Source of the DNA: a virus | Taxonomy: Duplodnaviria > Caudoviricetes | Direction: 5' to 3' (one strand) | Length of the DNA: 54,626 nt | Virus record (IMG/VR): IMGVR_UViG_3300027868_000010 | Span: 1-54,626 of that record | Shown here: positions 1 through 9,256 of the stretch, piece by piece | How the letters are laid out: each line of letters begins with the position of its first letter | How positions within the stretch are numbered: the stretch's first letter is position 1 | Program-made: the position numbers and the translations under genes | The notes under the pieces: generated by a model | The model's input: the letters and a program-made list of their open reading frames with translations, nothing else | Told to the model about the DNA's origin: nothing | Database searches by the model: none

Positions 1-189
1 CATCAGCAATTCCTCCGGACGTGTTTGAAGTCATCGAGGGTATTATGTCAGATGCAGGGGAGAAAGATCAAGTCGCAAAGCTCCTGCTCACCGGAAATCC
101 GAATTTCACGTCTGGAGAGTTCTACAACGCTTTCCACCGGAATGCGGCCCTGTATGAGCTATTTACGATCTCAGGCGATCCCAAGATCA
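1..189. repeat. Direct end repeat (left copy), most likely the assembly overlap of a circular or permuted genome
   Basis: 1-189 equals 54438-54626 except position 63 (A) vs 54500 (C); the terminase ORF reads through the junction. Confidence 0.95.
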
Positions 190-1052
190 AACATATCGTC
201 GGAGACACGAAACAGAACCACGGCAAGGTATATTACTCGAAACGTGTCACGAAGAAATATTGTGACATCATGGAGAAGAAATATGGAATTGACAGCGCGG
301 TATATGACGTGCGTGTGCGGGGACTATTTCCGAGACTGGACGATGCCGCATGTATTCCGCTCCAATGGGCAGAGCAAGCCGTTGATGTCCAGCTACCTGG
401 ATTCGATTCCGTTGCTGACCCAATTACTGTCGTCATGGACGTTGCGCGTCAAGGTGGAGACGAAACCGTCCTGGCTCTGTTCCGGAAGGGACAATGCATA
501 TCGATGAAGACCTGGGCGAAGACGTCGACGGTCCAATGCGAGGATATCGTGCTTGAGGCGATAAGATCGGTGCGCGCGAGCGGAATGACAGTACTCCGGA
601 CTATCATTGACGAGCCGGGCGTCGGGGGTGGCGTGGTTGACGGGCTTAGACGACGTGACGTAGTTGTGACGCCGTATAATGGCGGCGAGAGCCTAAAAGC
701 CGACAAAGACCCTGCTGACGACATTCGCATGTTCGCAAACCGCAGATCACGTGACTGGTGGTACGCGCGACGCGCATTCGAGCAGGGGTTGATCCATATC
801 CCTGATGACGAGATTTTGGTCAACCAATTGGCGTCGGTCCAATACGGATATAACGAGAAAGAAAAAATCCTGGTCGAGAGCAAAAATAAGATGCGCGACC
901 GTCTCGGCGAGGACGCAAGCCCCGATAGGGCCGATGTGATTGTAATGGGCCTTGCCCCATGGTACTCTTTCCGTTCAAACAACATTGAGGTATCAGAAAA
1001 CGATATCATTGAGGGTGACGACCGACCGATGGCAGAGATGGATTTGTGGTGA
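3..1052 (+). CDS. terL: Terminase large subunit, C-terminal part (nuclease domain)
   Basis: LTGNP coupling motif, VRVRGLFP, MDVARQGGDETV, IIDEPGVGGGVVD, SPDRAD; in frame with the N-terminal half at 53978-54626. Confidence 0.93.
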   Translation, partial: SAIPPDVFEVIEGIMSDAGEKDQVAKLLLTGNPNFTSGEFYNAFHRNAALYELFTISGDPKIKHIVGDTKQNHGKVYYSKRVTKKYCDIMEKKYGIDSAVYDVRVRGLFPRLDDAACIPLQWAEQAVDVQLPGFDSVADPITVVMDVARQGGDETVLALFRKGQCISMKTWAKTSTVQCEDIVLEAIRSVRASGMTVLRTIIDEPGVGGGVVDGLRRRDVVVTPYNGGESLKADKDPADDIRMFANRRSRDWWYARRAFEQGLIHIPDDEILVNQLASVQYGYNEKEKILVESKNKMRDRLGEDASPDRADVIVMGLAPWYSFRSNNIEVSENDIIEGDDRPMAEMDLW

Positions 1053-1057
1053 GTTTC

Positions 1058-1189
1058 CTATAAGGGAAATCTTCAAAACTAAAACATACCCACACTTTCG
1101 TGAGTATAACTTCTTTACGGCAGTCGCGGATGGTTTATAATGATATCAATAGGTTAGGTATCTCTTACTTTGTAGAAAATTCCCTATAG
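1058..1189. promoter_or_regulatory. Intergenic cassette bounded by inverted repeats, copy 1 (candidate late promoter)
   Basis: 27-bp core ATACCCACACTTTCGTGAGTATAACTT (1086-1112) is identical to 51305-51331; ends CTATAAGGGA...TCCCTATAG. Confidence 0.55.
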
Positions 1190-1232
1190 AGCCTCTGTTA
1201 TGGTTAAAAAGGGTTAACAAGGAAATTAACCA

Positions 1233-2633
1233 ATGGCAAAGCGCCGCGTCCGAGTCAAAGCTGGTTCCCCCCGATCTCCTGGTCGCCCCCTCGCAATTGA
1301 AGGGGAAGCGATGGTCGTAGACGGTGAAGTCGTCCGCAGCTTCATGCCCGCCGGAAAAGGCGGAATGGAGTTCATGGGCGTCGACACCCTGATCAATCGC
1401 AAGGGCTGGTCGATCTACCGAGATATGAAGCACGACGATCAGGTCAAGGCGACATTGGCCTTCAAGAAGATTTTGATCCATGGCAGGTCATGGGAGATGA
1501 AGCCCGCAGTAGCAGAGAACGAAGAGGCTGAAAAAATAGCCAAGTTCGTCAAGCACAACCTCGAGCGGATGAATTTCAAGGAAGTAGCTCGCCAGGGGCT
1601 GTCCGCGCTGGAATTCGGCTTCTCTGCCGGCGAGATCATCTGGGAGGTCGGAGAGTGGGAAGGAGACAAGGCCCTGCTCATCAAGGCGATCAAACACCGT
1701 GATCCGGAGACAATCAAGATCATTGCGGATAAACACGGGAATATCAGCGAATTCAGGCAGGACAGCAAGACCGGGGACAAGATCAGCTTGCCGCCGAACA
1801 AGATTTGGCATTTTGCCCATCAGAGTGAATTCCAGAACCACTACGGCGTATCGGACCTTCGGGCGGCATATCGCAATTGGTGGGCCAAAAAGTTCCTGAT
1901 CAATTTCTGGAACGTTTTCTTGGAGCGGCTTGGCTCTCCCATGACAATGATGAAATATCCGTTGGGCGCGTCCGACGAACTGAAACGACTTCTGAAAGGT
2001 ATCCTGACTGGGTTGTCCGCGAAATCGGAAATCCTAGTGCCCGAGGGCGTGGAAGTCGAATTAATCGAGGCAACTCGGTCAGGAACCGCGACCTATCAGG
2101 AAGCACTCCAATATCACGATAACGCCATATCGCGTGCCCTGCTCGTCGTCGCCCTGCTTGGGGCGGGCGGATCAGACGTGACACGTGGTGCGGACAGCCA
2201 ATCACGTCTCCAATTGCGCGTGCTCTTCAAAATGGCGGACGAACTTGGCAAACAGCTGATGACGACGTTTTCCGAACAGGTGATCAAAAATCTGGTCGAC
2301 ATGAACTTTGAGCACGACAACCTGTATCCCACGTTTATCTGGCAGGACTATGGCGAATTCGAGGGGATAGAAGTCGCCGACACGATCCGGCTGCTGCACG
2401 CGGCGGGAATGGTTGACATGGACCAGGAGGACGTAAATTACGCAAGAAGCATTCTCGGACTACCACTACGAAAGGAAGGTGATCCAGAAGACGAAGTTGT
2501 TCGCCCGCAACCCTTGCCGCCGCCCGCCGATCCGAATAAGCCGCCCCCGAGCGCATCGCAAGGCAACCAAAGCGCCGACAAGGGTGCGGGTGGCAATCGT
2601 GCTACCACCCCAGCAAAAGGGGCAAAGAAATGA
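1233..2633 (+). CDS. Portal protein, Mu gp29/DUF935-like
   Basis: Follows TerL; ALEFGFSAGEIIW, YGVSDLRAAYRNWWAK, FLERLGSP motifs; Pro-rich tail. Confidence 0.88.
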   Translation: MAKRRVRVKAGSPRSPGRPLAIEGEAMVVDGEVVRSFMPAGKGGMEFMGVDTLINRKGWSIYRDMKHDDQVKATLAFKKILIHGRSWEMKPAVAENEEAEKIAKFVKHNLERMNFKEVARQGLSALEFGFSAGEIIWEVGEWEGDKALLIKAIKHRDPETIKIIADKHGNISEFRQDSKTGDKISLPPNKIWHFAHQSEFQNHYGVSDLRAAYRNWWAKKFLINFWNVFLERLGSPMTMMKYPLGASDELKRLLKGILTGLSAKSEILVPEGVEVELIEATRSGTATYQEALQYHDNAISRALLVVALLGAGGSDVTRGADSQSRLQLRVLFKMADELGKQLMTTFSEQVIKNLVDMNFEHDNLYPTFIWQDYGEFEGIEVADTIRLLHAAGMVDMDQEDVNYARSILGLPLRKEGDPEDEVVRPQPLPPPADPNKPPPSASQGNQSADKGAGGNRATTPAKGAKK

Positions 2634-2800
2634 TTGAGACATGGCTTCACATCATCGGACCTATGGTTATTGGCGTCGCCGCCGGTCTCATGATTTATGA
2701 TATCGCAAAGTGGACATTGAAGCGCCTAGTGTTCGCAATTCTGAACCCTATCTATTCCGCAACGAAGTGGAAGCGTCTACGAGGGGTCCTGAGAGGATGA
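2630..2800 (+). CDS. Small membrane protein (56 aa, not in the ORF track)
   Basis: MIETWLHIIGPMVIGVAAGLMIYDIAKW...; ATGA overlaps with both neighbours; hydrophobic helix. Confidence 0.55.
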   Translation: MIETWLHIIGPMVIGVAAGLMIYDIAKWTLKRLVFAILNPIYSATKWKRLRGVLRG

Positions 2801-3045
2801 ACCTCCCCATAGTCCTCACCATCGCCGCAATGGTTCCGTCAGTGATTGGTGGGACGTGGGTCGGCTACAACTCATACGACGAGATCAAAACGCAAGTCGC
2901 GGAGAATACGACGGCACGATTGTTGAACACGTGGCAAAGGTTGAGTGCAGCCAAAAAGGAGCGTAGACTGTCTCGTGAAGAATTCATAGCGTGGTGTGAT
3001 GCTGGTATCCGGCTACGCATCATCACCACATGCAAGGAGAATTGA
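2797..3045 (+). CDS. Small protein with an N-terminal transmembrane helix
   Basis: Likely start MNLPIVLTIAAMVPSVIGG after GAGAGG; ATGA overlap with the upstream ORF. Confidence 0.55.
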   Translation: MNLPIVLTIAAMVPSVIGGTWVGYNSYDEIKTQVAENTTARLLNTWQRLSAAKKERRLSREEFIAWCDAGIRLRIITTCKEN

Positions 3046-3046
3046 A

Positions 3047-3301
3047 ATGGCTGTTGAATGGGACATGGAAAAGAGTGGCCCGGCGACGCGCGCCGAGGCT
3101 GTCACTCCCGCAGATAGTTCCGATCTGACCAACGTCGCACGCGCCCTGTTCGTCGGCACAGGTGGAAACCTGAAAGTTGAAATGCAGGGCGGTGACGTCA
3201 TCACGTTCACTGGCGTTGTCGGCGGGACGCTGTATCCGTTCGCCGTGACGAAGGTGTTCTCTGGCTCGACGACCGCTTCGAACATCACGGCGATCCGATA
3301 A
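3047..3301 (+). CDS. Head spike base protein, RcGTA Rcc01079 (GhsA)-like
   Basis: GPATRAEAVTPADSSDL..ARALFVGTGGNLKVEM.GG..ITF...GTLYP.AV.KV...TTASNI pattern; AAGGAG SD. Confidence 0.75.
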   Translation: MAVEWDMEKSGPATRAEAVTPADSSDLTNVARALFVGTGGNLKVEMQGGDVITFTGVVGGTLYPFAVTKVFSGSTTASNITAIR

Positions 3302-3762
3302 TGGCGACAGTCATCCTCACGTCTCCCACGAAGAACGGCGTCCTCACTGATATGAAGGGTGTCGCGCGGGGGAAAATTGCGTTCAATCCAGTTCAGAAAA
3401 ATAGCAAGGGTGATGATGAGCTTGCTCCCCGTTTTCATCTGAGGGGGAAATCTCACCCTGGTCCCAAAGGTATCGTGACGGTTCCGGATGTGAAATCTGT
3501 CGTGGACATCGCGACATATCAAACTCCCTATCGGACCAAGGACGCGACCAAGACAACCCCTGCTAAATTCAGTCCATTTACGTTCATCTATATGCAGATG
3601 TCCAAGGATAGCTTTGAAGACCTTTTGAGGGCGGCAAGCGCGCAGGGAAGGATCGGAAACATGACCATTGCATACGCCACTGGCGTATCTCCTGAAATAG
3701 GAAACGGTGACGGGACTTGGGGTGTTGACCCACAGACCAACGGCGTTCAGTTGACATTCTAA
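3301..3762 (+). CDS. Hypothetical protein, probably virion-associated
   Basis: 153-aa ORF coupled by TAATG overlaps inside the head module. Confidence 0.6.
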   Translation: MATVILTSPTKNGVLTDMKGVARGKIAFNPVQKNSKGDDELAPRFHLRGKSHPGPKGIVTVPDVKSVVDIATYQTPYRTKDATKTTPAKFSPFTFIYMQMSKDSFEDLLRAASAQGRIGNMTIAYATGVSPEIGNGDGTWGVDPQTNGVQLTF

Positions 3763-5588
3763 TGACCAATATTTTAGATATCCAATTTGTCGGAATGTCC
3801 CAGGTTCAGCTTCTGAACCTAGACCTTGTCTCGAGTATCACGACCGCGCGCATGGTTCACGATAGCAATGGTGTTCTTGGGTATACCCCCGAAAATCTGG
3901 TCGAGGACAGCGAGGCTCTGGAAGAGTGGACGGGGGTCCGGACGACTCAGAGCAACGCGACGGACAGCTACGAAGATATTTCTCTCAGTTCTATCTTTGA
4001 GACGACCGACAACAACACCCACCACACGAATAACACGGCGGCGACAACCATCGCCAACATCACATATACCTATTCCGGGTATCTGAAAAAGCTTGGCCGG
4101 CAGTATGTCACCCTGCATGTCTCGGGGTCGGACGCTTATGTCACTATTGATCTGGATGCTGGCACCGTAGAGGCGACTGGCGGAACGAATTATATCTCCA
4201 GTTCAATCTCTCTCGATTTGGGAAGCGGTGTTTATCTGTGTTCCCTATCCCTGTCTGTTGGGGCGACCAGCCTAACCCCCACGATTTATATGAACGAAGA
4301 CGCAACGGATGCGATCACAGGAACGTATGTCGGCGACGTCACGAAGGGTGTGAAGTCTGGCGGCTTTGTTCTCAATCGTGGGACGACGCGCGATCCGTAT
4401 TTCGCGACGACCGGCGCGGCTCGCTTCGGACCTCGCCTTGGTGCCAATCTTTTCGATGGTGTCTCATGGGCAGATAACGGCATTGGAACGTTCTCCGCTT
4501 ACACGAATGAATATCTCAACAACGAAGATATGGCGACATCCCATACCGACAGTGCCACGACCACGATCAACGCGAATGCGACAGCCGCCCCTGACGGCGA
4601 GACCACGGCGGATAGAATTATCGATGACTCTTCGACCGGAACGGGCGGCGTCTCTTCCCTGGTCACATTGACGTTGGCTGGGACGGGTGTTCACACGTTC
4701 TCAAAATTTGTCAAGGCAGATGGACTGGACGAGTGTGCCCTTGAAACCGCGCTCTTCGATGCTGGCGGAAATGGTGTCTCGTATTTCGATCTGACTGGTG
4801 CAGGGGCCGTGAACACGGAACATGCGAACCATACCGCGCGCATCGAGAACTGGGGCGGCGGCTGGTATGTATGTGCTGTGACGTTCACAACCTCCGCAGA
4901 CTTGGTCGGGACGTGTCAGCTTCACGTTGTCCAGACAACCGACTCCCTGACCGTTGACCTTGACGGGACAAGCTCCCTGTTCTCCTGGGGAGGAATGATT
5001 ACTGCGACGGCGACCCCGATGCCATATAGCGGAGTGACCACTTCGGCTGCTCGCGCAACGGCGGTTGACAGTCTTACCCAGTCTATCAGCACAATTATTG
5101 GCTGGACCGATCTCAGTGGGACCATATATATGAAGTGTAAAAAGCCCTGGATATCTGGACAGGAGCAATACGTTTTCACTATCAACGACGATGGGTCGTC
5201 TAATCAGATATTCTCGTCCATCAATAGCAGTGGAATTATAACGGGCCATATATTTGTTGGAGGGTTCCAGATGCAGGAATTCTATTCTATAGCTATTGCT
5301 GATGGAGACCTGTTCCAGTATGCCTTCGGGTGGGCTGCGAATGATGGCGGTCACTCGAAAGATGGGGCAGCAATCGAAGTGGACACGGCGATCACCATGC
5401 CGACTGGCTTTATCGATCTTGATATCGGGAAGCGGCACAGTAATACCCTTCAATTTAATGGGTATATTCATCGTGTGACGTTGGACAATGAAAAATTTGC
5501 CAGTGCGTCTATCGTCAACTTATCTGGGAATGGTCCTTCATCGAATAAAGAAAATCGAATTGGCGTCACCGTTGGGATGGGGATATGA
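3762..5588 (+). CDS. Head spike fibre-like protein (Rcc01080/GhsB-like repeats plus C-terminal LamG-like domain)
   Basis: Thr/Ser-rich; two beta-sandwich repeats (DLGSGVYLCS / NWGGGWYVCA), APDGETTADRI, C-terminal FNGYIHRV; near the spike base gene. Confidence 0.65.
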   Translation: MTNILDIQFVGMSQVQLLNLDLVSSITTARMVHDSNGVLGYTPENLVEDSEALEEWTGVRTTQSNATDSYEDISLSSIFETTDNNTHHTNNTAATTIANITYTYSGYLKKLGRQYVTLHVSGSDAYVTIDLDAGTVEATGGTNYISSSISLDLGSGVYLCSLSLSVGATSLTPTIYMNEDATDAITGTYVGDVTKGVKSGGFVLNRGTTRDPYFATTGAARFGPRLGANLFDGVSWADNGIGTFSAYTNEYLNNEDMATSHTDSATTTINANATAAPDGETTADRIIDDSSTGTGGVSSLVTLTLAGTGVHTFSKFVKADGLDECALETALFDAGGNGVSYFDLTGAGAVNTEHANHTARIENWGGGWYVCAVTFTTSADLVGTCQLHVVQTTDSLTVDLDGTSSLFSWGGMITATATPMPYSGVTTSAARATAVDSLTQSISTIIGWTDLSGTIYMKCKKPWISGQEQYVFTINDDGSSNQIFSSINSSGIITGHIFVGGFQMQEFYSIAIADGDLFQYAFGWAANDGGHSKDGAAIEVDTAITMPTGFIDLDIGKRHSNTLQFNGYIHRVTLDNEKFASASIVNLSGNGPSSNKENRIGVTVGMGI

Positions 5589-5749
5589 GTAGGTTTGCAG
5601 GCAACGAAAAAAGAACAAAGGCGGTGGGCTTTCAATCACTCTTGAAGGCGTGTATGCTTTTGAAGATGGTTTTATGCCCGCTGCACTTTCGGCTCAAGTG
5701 ACGAGCATCACAAGCGGTAGCCCGCTGAAAATTTTATTCGGAGTTTAAA

Positions 5750-6664
5750 ATGCCCAAACGTCTAAACTTCCCTCGAAATGAGGCATCGCGGCGCGATAGG
5801 ATCGCTGGCCGTGAAATCTACAACGCAGCAACCCGCAATATCAAGTCGCGGAACGATGCTCTCGCCCAGAGCCGGTATCCCACGATTGGTGGAGATATCG
5901 TTCTGAGCGGCACCGCCATCAGCGGCGGCGTCACCGAGGAAATGATGGTCAACGGATCGGAGACCTTGATCCTGACCCTGAGTGGTGATACGTGGCATGC
6001 AGATATCGGCGCGAACAACGAAATAACTGATGCCCTGATCGCTGGCTTCTCGACCCTCGAGGCAGAAGCCGCTGGCTTCATTGCCCAGATCATCGGCGGC
6101 GACGGCGCGCTTGACAATACCGATATCGTTCGAACCAGCGCCACAGTCGTCACTATCACCTTCCCAGCTTCCGCTTCATTCTCGATTGCGGCTTCCGAAG
6201 TCGTGAACATAGATGTTCCAGGTCTCTGCACGGCGAAGGGTATCGATCCGACTTCTGACAGTTTCACCGTCACCGGAAACGTCTCCATCGCCCTGACCGG
6301 CACCGCGATTGCTGGCGGCGTCCTCGAAAGCGAGATCGTCACCGGCTCCGAGACTGTCATCATCACCCTCACGGGCGACACCTGGGCCGCTACCATCGCA
6401 GCGGACAACGCCATCACCACGGCGTTCCTCGCGGCTATCCTTGGAGACCTTGCCGATGCGGCTGGCTGGAATGCTCAGATGGCTCTCGTACACGGCGACT
6501 TGGCGCGGACCAGTGCCACGATCCTGACGCTCACCCTGCCCGCCACGGCTGGCTACTCGATCACGACCGGTAATGAGACCGTCACCGTCCCCGTCCAGTC
6601 GGACGCGGTTGCGGGAGGAATTGTCCCTGTCTCCAAAACCTTCGTCATTACGGAAGGATCGTAA
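5750..6664 (+). CDS. Virion protein with two tandem ~130-aa beta-rich repeats
   Basis: LSGTAISGGVTE..VNGSETLILTLSGDTW vs LTGTAIAGGVLE..VTGSETVIITLTGDTW; basic N-terminal arm. Confidence 0.6.
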   Translation: MPKRLNFPRNEASRRDRIAGREIYNAATRNIKSRNDALAQSRYPTIGGDIVLSGTAISGGVTEEMMVNGSETLILTLSGDTWHADIGANNEITDALIAGFSTLEAEAAGFIAQIIGGDGALDNTDIVRTSATVVTITFPASASFSIAASEVVNIDVPGLCTAKGIDPTSDSFTVTGNVSIALTGTAIAGGVLESEIVTGSETVIITLTGDTWAATIAADNAITTAFLAAILGDLADAAGWNAQMALVHGDLARTSATILTLTLPATAGYSITTGNETVTVPVQSDAVAGGIVPVSKTFVITEGS

Positions 6665-6665
6665 G

Positions 6666-7724
6666 ATGGCAAAGCGCATTGAAGGAGTCGAGATTTTCGC
6701 CACCGGCAAGCACCGGGGAAGTCAGGTCGTCGACATCACGCAGGACGATCTCGCAGAAATGGTGAACTCGTTCAATGAACTCACACCCGTTGGCGGCTTT
6801 CAACCGATGTTGAAACTGGGCCATACGGAAGTTCAGAAGTTTTTCGGCAACCGGAAGGGTGCCCCCAACCTTGGTATCGTTGACAAAATCTGGATCGAGG
6901 GAAACAAAATCCTCGCCGACTTCGCCAACGTTCCCGATGCCCTTTTCGAGTTGATAAAAGAGCGTCGCTTTAATTCCGTAAGTATTGAAATGTTCCCGAA
7001 AACCGAGTTTAATGGGAAACAGTTCAAAAACGTACTTACGGCGGTCGCGCTCTTGGGCGCGGAACTACCGGCGGTCAAGGGTTTGAAAGAACTCGCCGCC
7101 ACACTCTTCACCGCGGAACCGGATGGTCCGGAATTCACTGGTGAAGTGGTCGAGCTTAAGGAGCAAAACGACATGACAACCTATTCTCAAGAGCAAGTTG
7201 ACGCGCTCGTCGAGGCGGCTGTTGGCAAAGCGGTGGAGACGGTTCAAGCCGAATTCGCCGAACAGGTTTCCACTCTTGAGACCAGCGTTGCCGATGCCGA
7301 GACCGCCAAGAAGACTGCCGAGGACAATCTCCGCACCTTCGAAGACGACACACGGAAAGCCACCGCCGAGGCGATGGTCGACAAAGCCATCGAAGACGGC
7401 AAGGTTCTTCCGAAGAACAAGGATAGCATTCTGGCCCTGGCCCTGAATATCACGGGTTCCGTGAAGTTCGGTGACAAGGAAGAGTCGATGTCCCAGGTGT
7501 TCGCCGAATTCATCGACAGTCTTCCCAAGGTGGTTGACCTTGATGAGAAAGGCAATGGCGGAAGCCCCGACAAGGGCGAGTATGCCGATGCCAGCGCCGA
7601 GGTTCACGTCAAGGCCGACGCCAAGATGAAAGCAAACGACGGCATGGATTATGCCACCGCACGAACCGTTGTCCTGTCCGAGGACGAGGAACTGAAAGTG
7701 CGCTATTTCGGATTGGAGGAATAA
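6666..7724 (+). CDS. Prohead protease/scaffold, Mu gp32 (I/Z)-like
   Basis: VEIFATGKH, LKLGH, RFNSVSIE, LTAVALLGAELPAVKGL, then an acidic coiled-coil scaffold. Confidence 0.85.
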   Translation: MAKRIEGVEIFATGKHRGSQVVDITQDDLAEMVNSFNELTPVGGFQPMLKLGHTEVQKFFGNRKGAPNLGIVDKIWIEGNKILADFANVPDALFELIKERRFNSVSIEMFPKTEFNGKQFKNVLTAVALLGAELPAVKGLKELAATLFTAEPDGPEFTGEVVELKEQNDMTTYSQEQVDALVEAAVGKAVETVQAEFAEQVSTLETSVADAETAKKTAEDNLRTFEDDTRKATAEAMVDKAIEDGKVLPKNKDSILALALNITGSVKFGDKEESMSQVFAEFIDSLPKVVDLDEKGNGGSPDKGEYADASAEVHVKADAKMKANDGMDYATARTVVLSEDEELKVRYFGLEE

Positions 7725-7727
7725 GTC

Positions 7728-8138
7728 ATGGCTGACACAAATCGCGTAGTAGCCGAAACCTTCGTGGCGTCCGGTGATCTGTCTACCATGCAGCATCGCT
7801 TCGTCGACCACATCGGTGTCGGCCTCGTATCTCACGCTCTTGCCCTTGGTGGCATGGGTGTGCTGATGAACAAGCCCCAAGCCGCAGAGCACGCCGAGGT
7901 CGCCCTTTCGGGCCGCGTCCGCGTCGATGCGGGTGGAGCAGTCACTGCTGGCGACTGGGTCGTCAGTGCCGCGTCGGGCTTCGGCGAAACCCTTGCGTTT
8001 GGCACCATCAATGCCGGTTCCGCTGGTCAGTACCTACAGACCAAGACCGTCATGGGCCGAGCGATGACCACCGCCGCGTCCGGCTCCGTGTTCACTCTCG
8101 AACTCGCGCCGCACAACGTCACCGTCAACAGTGCATAA
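7728..8138 (+). CDS. Capsid cement/decoration protein (DUF2190-like)
   Basis: Between scaffold and capsid; GVLMNKP, AGGAVTAGDWV, MGRAMTTAASG. Confidence 0.7.
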   Translation: MADTNRVVAETFVASGDLSTMQHRFVDHIGVGLVSHALALGGMGVLMNKPQAAEHAEVALSGRVRVDAGGAVTAGDWVVSAASGFGETLAFGTINAGSAGQYLQTKTVMGRAMTTAASGSVFTLELAPHNVTVNSA

Positions 8139-8150
8139 GGAGGAATAACA

Positions 8151-9113
8151 ATGCCCGGCACTCCCTCAACAGGCCGCGACCTTCACGTCGATGTGCCCCT
8201 GTCCAACGTAGTCGTCGGACGGCGACCGGAAGGCTTCATTGCCGATCAGCTTCTGCCGATCACCCCGGTCTCCAAGCAGTCCGACATCTATTACAAGTTC
8301 AACCATGGTCACAACCGTCGCCATGAGACCAACCTGTCCGCGCGTGCCCCCGGCACCGAGGCCAAGAAGGTCCACACGACCGTGACCTCCGACACGTTCT
8401 TCTGCCCCAATTACGCCCTCGCGACGGATTGGCCCGTGGAAGACGAAGTGAACCATGACGAAGTTCTGGCCTGGGGCGAAAGCTCTGCCATTCTCGTCAC
8501 GGATCGCTTGATGATGGATTATGAGCAGCGTGTTGCGGCCCTCGCGGTCGACTCCACCAACGTTCACACCGTCACGGCGATCAACACATCTTGGTCGAAC
8601 ACCACCGGCTCACGCCCTCTGGATGATCTCGCGGGTGAAGTCGAAAACTTCCGCCAGTACACGGGCATGCGCCCGAACATCTTGATCGTGCCCGAACAGG
8701 TGATGACGAAGCTGCGTCGAAATGACCAGCTGCGTGACATCCTGTTTGGTGATCGCGGTGGTCTGGTTACCGATACGCAGCTTGCCACCCTCGTTGGCGT
8801 GGATCGCATCCTGGTTCCTGCGGCCCAGATCAACACCTTCGCCGAAACGGAAACCGAGAACGGTTCCTGGTCGCTTGGCGATGCGTGGGGAAATCACATT
8901 TGGCTTGCCAAAGTGAGCTTGCTGGCCGGTAAGTACACCGATACGTGGATGAACGCTTTCCGTTGGACATCGCCCCTGCTTGGCGTGCCGTTCGCGGTTC
9001 AGCGTCACCCCTTCGACGTTAAGAAGAAAATCTTCGAACTCGAAGCCGGGTACTACCAAGATGAGAAGATCGTCTCGTCCGATCTGGCGATCCGCGTTCA
9101 GTCCGTGATATAA
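8151..9113 (+). CDS. Major capsid protein (phage capsid E/HK97 fold)
   Basis: HVDVPLSNV, FIADQLLP, RAPGT, GMRPNILIV; strong TAAGGAGG SD; position in module. Confidence 0.88.
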   Translation: MPGTPSTGRDLHVDVPLSNVVVGRRPEGFIADQLLPITPVSKQSDIYYKFNHGHNRRHETNLSARAPGTEAKKVHTTVTSDTFFCPNYALATDWPVEDEVNHDEVLAWGESSAILVTDRLMMDYEQRVAALAVDSTNVHTVTAINTSWSNTTGSRPLDDLAGEVENFRQYTGMRPNILIVPEQVMTKLRRNDQLRDILFGDRGGLVTDTQLATLVGVDRILVPAAQINTFAETETENGSWSLGDAWGNHIWLAKVSLLAGKYTDTWMNAFRWTSPLLGVPFAVQRHPFDVKKKIFELEAGYYQDEKIVSSDLAIRVQSVI

Positions 9114-9128
9114 GGCTGACCGGCACGT

Positions 9129-9167
9129 AAAAAAGATGGCGCGCTTCTATTGGGGCGCGCCATTTTT
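9129..9167 (+). terminator. Rho-independent terminator after the capsid gene, probably bidirectional
   Basis: AAAAAAGATGGCGCGC-ttctattggg-GCGCGCCATTTTT. Confidence 0.8.
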
Positions 9168-9170
9168 ACA

Positions 9171-9179
9171 TGTTATAAT
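9171..9179 (+). promoter_or_regulatory. Extended -10 promoter upstream of the glycosyltransferase gene
   Basis: TGTTATAAT immediately after the terminator. Confidence 0.5.
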
Positions 9180-9256
9180 TAAGGGTCAGTTGATCGCTGA
9201 CCCCGGTGGCGACGTTTCGTGCCCCGGCGTCGCCACCACTATTTTGGAGCACACTC

